Below, one piece after another: positions 54,790 to 64,000 of a DNA stretch of 64,000 nucleotides. Numbering within the stretch: position 1 is the stretch's first letter; each line of letters starts with the position of its first letter. The notes under the pieces were generated by a model, which had not been told where the DNA came from, ran no database searches, and saw only the letters and a program-made list of their open reading frames with translations. Made by a program: the position numbers and the translations under genes. The stretch comes from Octopus sinensis (lineage: Eukaryota): assembly GCF_006345805.1 (NCBI RefSeq), contig NC_043001.1:6076001-6140000 (forward strand). Direction: 5' to 3'.

Positions 54790-55995
54790 GAAGTCGTTTG
54801 GGCAATGCTGGTGGTATATTCTCTACATCGTGCAAATGATGTATCGAGATCGGTCATGCACTTAAATCTTTTAGTGAATGATCTCTGGGGTGTTTCAGTT
54901 TACGGAATGTTTTATTTCGAATGGGAAAAGCACAGGGGTCATTAGTATTCGAAATGCAGCCGTACAAAGGATGAGGACAGATGGATAATGATACTTTGTT
55001 CACTGGATCGGACGGTCATTAGGATCCAGGAGTTCATAGTACGAGCTATATCGAACTTATTGTTGATGTAGCCACTCCAGGTGTGACTGTTATCCACAAT
55101 TACTGCTAAGTCTCTGATATTTTAGATGCTGCGAGTTGTTCCCTTGAAGGAAGAGAGTATGGCTGTTGAAGCAGAGTCTTTCTTCCAAAATGCCGCAACA
55201 GAAATTTTCCTTCTATTACTTACATTTTGTTTTTGTCTGCTCATTGACTCACAGGATGCAGATCAGACTCGAACTCAGTTCTGTCTTCTTCATTCAATTT
55301 GCTGTGTATTATGAGACTGGAAAGGTTGTTTACATCAATTATAAAGAGGAGCGGGCCAAATATATTTGCTGGACGTGAGCGGATTCCACCGATCGCAAGA
55401 GGTTGTGTTCTCATCTCCAGGAAATCCTGAATCCACTGTGATAGTTTTTCGCGGATTCCAACATTCGACAATTTTCAGAGAAGGATATTATGGTTGAATC
55501 TGTCGAACGCTTTACTGAAGTAAAGATTTATGACATAAGAGTTCGAACCTGATCCCAAGGTTTTAAGGATATCATTGATGTGATGTAAGAGTTGTGTTAG
55601 TCTCTGCCGCAGCAAAAGCCATACTGGTTTGAATTTAGCTATCCTTGATGACACCACAATTTCAACACATTTATAATATGGGTGGGAGTAATGAGTGATA
55701 TTAGGCGATAGTTGGGTGCGAGGGATCAATCTCCCTGTTTGAAAACCGGTATGACAGACAGGGATGAGTGCTATTCCAGTGTATAACCTGAGTCTAAAGA
55801 ATTTCTCTAGAGGTTGGTCAGAGAGACTGCAAGTTGGTGTCTACATTCCTTCAGGAGACTAGCTGGGAATCTATCATGGATTACAGCAGAATAATGATGT
55901 CTGAAGGGGTAAAGATTATGTCCGAGATTATGTGGTGTGCCTCCATACACACATGGAGGCAGCCCCCTTGTTATCGAGTATGGCCATTGCACGAA
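54790..55995 (-). pseudogene. Decayed CR1/L2-group LINE reverse transcriptase
   Basis: Translation gives LTQLLHHINDI..LYFSKAFDRFNHNILL, WIQDFL..RTQ, GPLLFIIDVN and RDLAVIVDN..WIL in order. Confidence 0.8.
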
Positions 55996-56109
55996 GCTTA
56001 ATCAATTTTGTTATCGTGCAATTCCTGTTCAAGAAGACTTTTTTTAAAGTGAGGAAAGGCTGTGCATTGAGTCAATCCCACTCAGTAAGCAACAGCAGTC
56101 ATAATCCGA

Positions 56110-56480
56110 AAAGAAGAACAAGTCAACATCATCGGTAACCACTGAGCCGCAGGTTTTATATCGGAGTTGTCTCAATTACCTGATTATCTTCTCCTAGAAG
56201 GATGCCCTAACAAAGGCTAGGGGTCCTTCACTCCCAATGGTTTAACCGCGCGATCGGGTATTCTGTCCGATTATTTCTATGTCTCTGCGCATGATACATC
56301 CTTAAGACATTTATTGGATGGCCGTTGACTCTCAAGTGTTCGTCCACCCTTTGACGAGTGTTGTTTTTCATCCTGCAGGGCGTCCAATAAACATCCTCCT
56401 CATCAAGCAAGCTTGGTGGGGTTGCCGGTTTAGTCGCCGACGACCCGACCATGCAACAGGTTGTACTGGGTTACATGTTA
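56110..56480 (-). mobile_element. Possible RTE-clade 5' UTR fragment
   Basis: The minus-strand motif GGGCA..TCTAGGAGAAG..AACTC..AAACC resembles RTE leader sequences. No ORF supports it. Confidence 0.35.
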
Positions 56481-57144
56481 CCAGTAGCACTCGAATACAC
56501 ACATACATACATACATGCATACATACATACATACATATATACATACATACATATATATATCCATATATGTATATATATATCCATATGTATATGAATATAT
56601 ATATATCCATACATATATATTTATATATGTATGTATATACATATATATATAATATATATGTACACCACATGTAGTCATACCCACACATATACATATATGT
56701 ACGCACACATAGATATACTTCTGCATATATATTTATGTGTGTGAGAGAGAGAAGGAGAGAGCGTTGAGGTGTTTTCTCCGTGAATAGCAGTGTGTGCATG
56801 TATGTATGTGTGTATGTCTGTGCATGTTTGTATGCAGTATTTAATTGATATAGGTGTGTAATTTTGTTGGTTTGTAGGAAGGTATCTATAAGACATATGG
56901 GCCGTTGAACAGTTAGATAAATAATAGAGCAACGTTCTATATTACGTTAATGCATCTGCCAATAATATTTTTGTATTGTTTCAGGAAAGCAATAATAATG
57001 AATTTTTCATAGAATAATTAATGAAGTTTTGTAATTGTTTGCATTCCTGAGAGAAAAGATGGAAAGTTATAATAACGTTATAAAGGAAGCAATCAATGTT
57101 TTGCAGTAAATGAAATATTTGTAATATGTTCTATTGTAGTTCTT

Positions 57145-57290
57145 CCCAAGGATATGATACCGAGTTCAGTGATCGTGCCTGGCACCTCGGACCAGTGTCT
57201 TCTACTATAGACTCAGGCCGACTGCAGCCTCCTCATTTGATTTGGTAAACGGAAACTGAAGGAAACCCGTCATATAAAAATACGGCTATA
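57145..57290 (+). mobile_element. tRNA-derived SINE, family B
   Basis: Contains GGCACCT..AGTGTCTTCTACTATAG..GGCCGAC..GATTTGGTAAACGGAAACTGAAGGAAACCCGTC. Confidence 0.75.
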
Positions 57291-57519
57291 TGGATGTATG
57301 TGTAGGTGTGTTTTTATGTCAGTGTATAACCACTATGTACGTTCAAATCTTTGCATGTCGCAAAAAAGAGACCGATAGAATAGTAACCAGACCTTTAAAA
57401 ATGTGTACTCTTTTGAGGCCGTGCCTTGACACGGCTGCACTTGACTGGCTGAAAGGAGCAATAAGAAGATGAAAGTTATACATATTTACATAGTTACGTG
57501 TATATAAATATATTTTATC

Positions 57520-58995
57520 GTTTATCTTTTACCTTTTATTGGCTTCAGGCCAGGACTGAGTGCATGCTGGTGTACCATGTGTAGTTACTCGGTGTTGTTT
57601 CCGGGGTTGTTGTTGGTGAAGTAGCGAGTTGGATGTAGCTGTTCTTCTTTGAGTCTCCTGCCGCAGTGTGGATTCATCTGGTATCTCAGAAAGAAACCTG
57701 TCCAGATGTTCCTTGAAAACATCCACATCAATTCCATGTAGATCTCTAAAGTTGCCTGGAAGGATCTTGAACAATTGCGGGCCCTTTAAACCAAGACTAT
57801 TGCAGTACTGTGTACTCATATTAGATAGGGAGACGGGATTTTTGATATAACGCGGTACCGTCCAGTTCGAGGATTGGTATCGTTGTCAATTCCAAAATTG
57901 CGAGCTAAACATTCCTAGATCTTCCAAATATATATCACCGCATATCTCTCGCATCTTATTCCCAGGGAATAGACCTCTGCTTCTTTAGCCCCTCCCAGTA
58001 GCCCAATTTTTGCATCGTGTCAATCTTCTTTGCGTATTGGCACTGAATTGCTTCGAGTTCCACAGTTTGTTTCACAACTCTGGTGACCATAGTTGGGAGC
58101 AGTATCCCAAGCGGTTGAGAACGAAAATCTTCCATATGGGTAGCAGGGCTTTCCATTTCTTAATTCTGAATGTCCTCAGAATCCAGCCAGCCACTCGCTT
58201 GCACAGTATTGCCATCTTGGTAATATGTACATTATATGTTGCATTAATGCTTATGTGAACCCCCAGGTCAAGCATCGTATTACATTCTGGTCCAGTGTAT
58301 TCCGATTTAAGCCTAGTGTTGGACCGCTAGTGGAGTACTCGAAATTTCATGGCATTGAATTGCTTGTTATTTTTGTTAGCCCCTTTATAGACTTCATTCA
58401 TGTCTTTCTGCAGATTTATAATGTCCTCTGGGTTCCTAAGTGCCTGCGATAACTTTTTGTCGTCAAAATAACTGGTCAGATTGCCTGACTGTACAGCGAA
58501 GGGCATGTCTGAGGGGGGCCACCACAAATAGTAGTGGCCCCAATAGAGATCTCTGTAGAACTTCGCTAAGAATCGGTGTCTCTTCAGATTTAGCGTCATT
58601 GACTACAACTGTCTGACTCCTGCTCTTCAGAGAATCCTGCAGCCACTCTCCCAACTTCCCAGCAATACCAAGGTTTTGCAGCTTGTGTCATACCATGTCA
58701 TGATCAACCTTGTTGAAGGCCTTGGCAAAGTAGAGGTATATCACGCACGGTACAGTTGACTGGTTTAGTTGTTGCTTCAATACACAGTTAAAGTGCTGTA
58801 GCAACTGTGTGAGACAGAATCTCCTCCCCGGATGGAAGATATGTTGCGCGTTTATGAGAAGGTTCTTTTCTTCTAGGAACGTGATCAACCAATTTTTGAC
58901 AATGCGTTCCATTGTCTTGCTAACATGTGAAGTCAGAGAGATGTGTCTGTAGTTGTAGCATCTGCTCTGCTCCCTCTTTTGGGGACAGGGCATAT
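57520..58995 (-). pseudogene. Decayed CR1/L2-group LINE reverse transcriptase and 3' end
   Basis: Translation gives YRHISLTSHVSKTMERIV, YLYFAKAFNKVDH, SLLGPLLF, YFDD and DLGV..WILRTF..YCSQLWSP across frameshifts. Confidence 0.88.
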
Positions 58996-59035
58996 TAACA
59001 TATAATACCCTCTTTTAGCATGTATATACATATAT

Positions 59036-59093
<58 letters not shown>

Positions 59094-59178
59094 TATTAGA
59101 GACAAAACCACTATTTTGCAAAACAAACAAGGAAAGACTTAATCAATACAAAAATTGTAATAAATAGTCAAAAAACCG

Positions 59179-59221
59179 CCACTACAATTGTTTCTTGTCT
59201 TGATCGACAATCTTCAGGTGG
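59179..59221 (-). ncRNA. Minimal type I hammerhead ribozyme, canonical core
   Basis: Minus strand reads CCAC-CUGAAGA-UUGUC-GAUCAA-GACAA-GAAA-CAAUUG-UA-GUGG. All core nucleotides are canonical and ACAAUUGU is palindromic. Confidence 0.85.
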
Positions 59222-59267
59222 ACTTCAATAAGTCAGTTTCAAATTATGAAACTGACTTATTGGAAGT

Positions 59268-59310
59268 CCACCTGAAGATTGTCGATCAAGACAAGAAACT
59301 ATTGTAGTGG
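59268..59310 (+). ncRNA. Minimal type I hammerhead ribozyme, canonical core
   Basis: Reads CCAC-CUGAAGA-UUGUC-GAUCAA-GACAA-GAAA-CUAUUG-UA-GUGG. Confidence 0.8.
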
Positions 59311-59733
59311 CGGTTTTTTTGACTATTTATTAAAATTTTATGTATTGATTAAGTCTTTCTTGTTTGTTTTGCAAAATAGTGGTTTTGTCTCTAATAATAT
59401 TTTTTAATATTTTACTATAAAATGGATTTAATCCTAAATCTGATTTTTTCCCTGTAAATTTGGATTTATTCCCTAATATTTATTATTATATATATATTAT
59501 ATAATATTATAGATATATATATATATATATAAATGATGAATAAGCTTTGCGGAAACCATGTTCGTTTTATTCTCTTACTTGATTATCATCTAATAATCAT
59601 CTCATAAAAAGGAATTTATGACTCATATTACTACCTCAGTCAATCTAATGTATATATATGTCGTTACCTGTCATAAATAGCATTTTTCTATTTGCAAGGT
59701 GCATCTTCGTTGATTTTTCATATTTTACCCTTA

Positions 59734-59853
59734 CATTTCTACCAAAAATATTACTAATCCCACCGAATGCAATTTTTCAAATGTCTATATTTTTAAATGT
59801 CTTACTTTGAAAAATTGCATTCGGTGGGATTAGTAATATTTTTGGTAGAAATG
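59734..59853. repeat. Perfect 48-bp inverted repeat with a 24-bp spacer
   Basis: 59734-59781 is the exact reverse complement of 59806-59853. Confidence 0.9.
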
Positions 59854-60054
59854 ACTGATTGTCCCTCTTAGCGTTTGGCATGTATGTATAATGCCTTCTG
59901 GCATGTATGTATAATGCCCTCTATATATAAATTAATATGTTCAATAAGAAATAATTATTTTCGAAATTTTTTCTCTTATGAGGTTTTTACGCTATCTACC
60001 TGACAATTTCTTGTTAAGTTTTCCTTATTAAGTAGTTGTCCTTAATTGCTAAAT

Positions 60055-60089
<35 letters not shown>

Positions 60090-60445
60090 ATACATAAGCA
60101 CATATATATATATACGATATATACATATATGTGTGTATTCGTGTGTGTGTGTATACAGAGGAAAGAGAAAGAGTGTGACAGCATAGTACTAAACGTCATC
60201 TAACCACTATGTGGTTATAACATGACCCAACGTTTAGTTCTATCTTCTCAGTCAGAAAAAATATGTTTTCACGCTGTGTGTATATACATATACACACCGT
60301 CTAACGATGACTTAATTTTTCCTCTCCCACCGTCTCCGATTAAGGGATATTATTAATTAATATTCTAGAAACAGCTGTAAGACATTCTATCTATAAATGC
60401 TCTAATATCTATACAGTTTTTTTTTATCTCATTACGCAAAAAACT

Positions 60446-60502
<57 letters not shown>

Positions 60503-61419
60503 TGTTCTGTCTCTTCGGCACAGCATGCAATTGAGGATAGATCGTTTACCTTATAATATAGGTAATGAACTTGAGTGACTCATCGTCAATTCATAGTGTG
60601 AGGGTATTTTGTAACAAGTATATATAATACTACTTTGTTTAATCATTTTACCGTGCAGCAGAACCTTTTCTATATAAAATATAAATACATTTGTATTATA
60701 GCGATTAATAAATTGCTACAATCAAATTAACAGCTGAAATGTTGAAAGGTTTCATATAACAAAAGAAGGCATTTAGAATACGGTGCATGTCTTGTGATCG
60801 CGTATAGAAATCTAACAATACTGCTTTTATTTAAATGAAAAACTTGAATCATATTACAGCTTTCGTTATATTGAGAAGCTTCATTATAAGGTGTGTGCCG
60901 GGTTTCACCAGCAATATTTAAATGAAGATGACAAATATAAATTCAAAAATGTGCATGCGGTGAAACACTTACACACCAACGCATACTCAAAGACACAGAT
61001 TTCAGCGTACAAACATGCGCAAATACTCACACAAATATTATCGATTTGTAGGAATATTAATGACAGATATCTACACAATTATTAAGCAATATCAAACTGT
61101 CGGACGATTCGCTGTTGTCCAATATATCACCAAAATGGCGCTGTTTCTAAAACTGGAACTCATTAATAACTCACCATCGAAAATACGAATAAATATGAAT
61201 TGTGTAATTAGAAAATAACTGTCGGCTGATAAGTCTCAGAATTCATAAGAGATTGTGTCAATTACTAACTGGAGGAGATAGAACAGTATTTAGCAATAAA
61301 GATAGACGAATATCATCATATTGTTACGATAAACCCGCATATACACACGTGTGCACACATACAGACACGTACGCACACATATATAAATTCATATCTATTC
61401 ATATTTAGAAATAGTTACA

Positions 61420-61775
61420 TTAATATATATATGTATGTATATATGTGTATATATATATGTATATGTATATATGTATCTCTCTCTCTCTCTTCTCTCTATA
61501 TATTATATTATATATTATATATACATATATATATATATATTATACATATATATATAATATATATATATATATATACATATATATAAATGCATATATACAT
61601 ATATATCTATACATATAAGCACAAGTATATATATATATATACATATATACATAGATATGATATATACATGTATATGTAAGCATATATATATATGGATATA
61701 TATAAACATATATACATATATATGTATATATATTATGTATATATATATATATATACAATATAGTATTATATATAT

Positions 61776-61830
<55 letters not shown>

Positions 61831-61990
61831 ATATATATATGATACACAACACACATATTATATTACACAAATATGTATATATTTATACGTATATAACATA
61901 TACATATACATATAATATATACAAATATCTTTATACATACATACACACACATATATACACATTGTATCCCATCCATAAACATATATGATA
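61420..61990. repeat. Interrupted (TA)n low-complexity tract
   Basis: Read directly. Confidence 0.92.
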
Positions 61991-62714
61991 TATGCGCGCG
62001 TGCGTGCGTGCGAGTGTTTGGACGGTTAGACATAAATATATATGATATTTTATAATTTAATTATATATGTTCTGGACATTAACAGAAATAGCTGCTGTGT
62101 ATAATGAACTATCTCAAGTCTATTCTACACAAAGGAAGCAATTAGTACCATCGATGACACGAAAGTTTCCAAGCAAATAAAGCGAAATTTATTGACCATT
62201 TCTTTTCTTCTAAATTCAGGATATAATCAAGCTTGCTGATGAATGGTTTTCAATAAATTTTCATATACTTTCTATAAGGGTAGCTTAAAAGATACTAAGT
62301 TAATATAAATTATCATCGTACAAGACCTTTTTCAAATCAGTTTATTGTCAAGTGACCTGAGCACCTTCTATTGATTTAGCTTGTCCTCAAAATCTAAGGA
62401 AAAACAACATTGAAAAAAGCTAAACTTATAGAAACTAATTTACGTTACTTGTTTATATACAGCGTTGGCCGAAAGTCACCTGACAATAAATCAAAATTCC
62501 ATAAATAATTTATATTCCTTTTTATTTAAACATTCCAATTATGAATTTTTAATAATTGAAAGCTGTGAGTTAAAATCCCCGTATTTTTTAAAGCTTTTTT
62601 TTCAACATTTCTGTATTTATTTACTAAGTCTCATAAAGCAATTTTTTGCTTTTGTCTTGGTATTAAATAAAGCTTCCAATATCCTTTTTCTAAGGTAGGC
62701 CCAAGGCCATAAAC

Positions 62715-63061
62715 TTTCGAGGAGTGTGGCCAGTCGGTTAGATCGACCCCAGTACGCAACTGGCACTTAATTTATCGACCCCGAAGGGGTGAAAGGCAAA
62801 ATCAACCTCGGCGGAATTTTAACTTAGAAAGTATAGACAGACGAAATACCTATTTCTTTACTACCCACAAGGAGATAAACACAGAGAGGACAAACAAGGA
62901 CAGACAAATGGATTAAGTCGATTATATCAACCCCAGTGCGTAACTGGTACTTATTTAATCTACCCCGAAAGGATGAACGGCATATTCAACCTCGGCGGAA
63001 TTTGAACTCAGAACGTCGCGGCAGACGAAATACTACTAAGCATTTCTCCCAGCGTGCTAGC
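62715..63061 (-). mobile_element. Dimeric family A SINE
   Basis: Two cores joined by the same AAAGAAATAGGTATTTCGTCTG linker as at 27.9 and 28.3 kb. Confidence 0.85.
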
Positions 63062-63620
63062 CTCAAATATTGAAAATATTATGCACGCATATCTGCAAAA
63101 AAAGGATGATGCACTCCAAAGCCACGAAAATATAACTATTTGTGCTGTCAAACTGTAAAGTATTACAAAATTGAGTTAAACTGAAGTAAATGTGTTATTG
63201 GAGAAGAAAACACCATTGCTGCAATGCCTCGTTTCGTACAAGATTTAACTCAATCTGATATTATATTTTTCGCTATTGCGTCCATACAGTCTATTACAAG
63301 TAAATAGGAGCACATTTTCATCTATACCATAGAAATAATCCTTACAGTCAAATCCCGCAAGAATGTTCATTGTTTCTAAGTATTCCACCAAACCAGATTT
63401 ATTTCTATCTCAATGTCGCTGTATATATTTATGCCACTGAGATTCTGTGTGACATTGGCATCATCACTGATAATCATCTATTTTATTGTGGTTTGTAAAA
63501 TATCTGTAAGAAATGCTTAAGGATAGAAGATTCATAATGTCTACCTTTATATTCGCATGTTCTTACGTGTGTGTACACCACACACATACATAGACACACA
63601 CACACACTCATGTATTATTT

Positions 63621-63665
<45 letters not shown>

Positions 63666-63667
63666 AT

Positions 63668-63950
63668 ATAATTCGGACAAAACCACTATTTTAAAACCAA
63701 ACAAAATTTGATACTGATTAGAAGATCGAATATCCACCTGAAGATTGTCGGTAGCAGACATGAAACATTTGTAGTGGCGGTTTATTTAATTTATATTAAA
63801 ATTTTATGTATTGATTAGTCTTTCCTTGTTTGGTTTTAAAATAGTGGTTTTGTCTCGAATTATATTATGTAATATTTTACTATAAAATTGGATTTAACCC
63901 TAAATCTGATTTTTCCCTGTAATTTTGGATCATTCCCTAATAATTATTAT
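63668..63950 (+). mobile_element. Member of the 59.1-kb PLE-like family with a short inverted 5' piece
   Basis: Colinear with about 59268-59490. 63668-63704 is inverted relative to 63826-63863. (TA)n lies upstream. Confidence 0.8.
63734..63777 (+). ncRNA. Minimal type I hammerhead ribozyme, canonical core, U-U at the base of helix II
   Basis: Reads CCAC-CUGAAGA-U-UGUC-GGUAGCA-GACA-U-GAAA-CAUUUG-UA-GUGG. The helix II loop differs from 59.3 kb while its pairing is kept. Confidence 0.78.
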
Positions 63951-64000
63951 TTCTCCTCCCCTCCCCCCTCTCTTCCCCTTCCCCCTCTTCTCCCCCTCCC

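Larger units (their letters stand above)
59087..59490. mobile_element. PLE-like non-coding element with inverted partial duplication (about 155-bp arms) in (TA)n
   Basis: 59087-59241 matches the reverse complement of 59247-59403, with a 5-nt loop. The right arm continues into a unique tail shared with 63.9 kb. Confidence 0.85.

Noticed and set aside
56400-56480. HDV-like ribozyme in the putative RTE leader (hairpin followed by CTAA-ACCGG)
   Set aside because: P2 and P4 can be drawn, but P1, P3 and L3 do not fit the required lengths.

Overview
AT-rich eukaryotic non-coding DNA. The SINE families look like those of octopus (coleoid cephalopod); this is my recognition, not a database search. 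I can support no host protein-coding exon, tRNA or rRNA gene, or CRISPR array. Almost all listed ORFs are translations of microsatellites. The window contains (TA)n, (GATA)n, (CA)n and (ATT)n tracts, at least three tRNA-derived SINE families, and LINE fragments: several with an R4/Dong-like restriction-like endonuclease (RLE), plus CR1/L2-like and RTE-like pieces, including one young CR1-like copy with an open 295-codon RT frame. There are also Penelope-like element (PLE) remnants, two non-autonomous Helitrons, a mariner-type MITE and a Tigger-like end. The main unannotated signal is eight minimal type I hammerhead ribozyme (HHR) motifs in short non-coding elements, most beside (TA)n tracts. 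Three have the canonical CUGAAGA core; one keeps CUGAUGA but has a damaged GAAA; four have variant cores (CCGAAGA x2, UUGAAAA with C3U/G8A compensation, CUGUCGA). Architectures include a 492-bp head-to-tail retrozyme-like tandem (12.8-13.8 kb), a fold-back carrying one HHR on each strand (59.1-59.4 kb) and a tRNA-headed SINE with an HHR-like tail (32.6-32.9 kb). HHRs in PLEs are known in general. Whether these families and cores are active or already described cannot be told from sequence alone.
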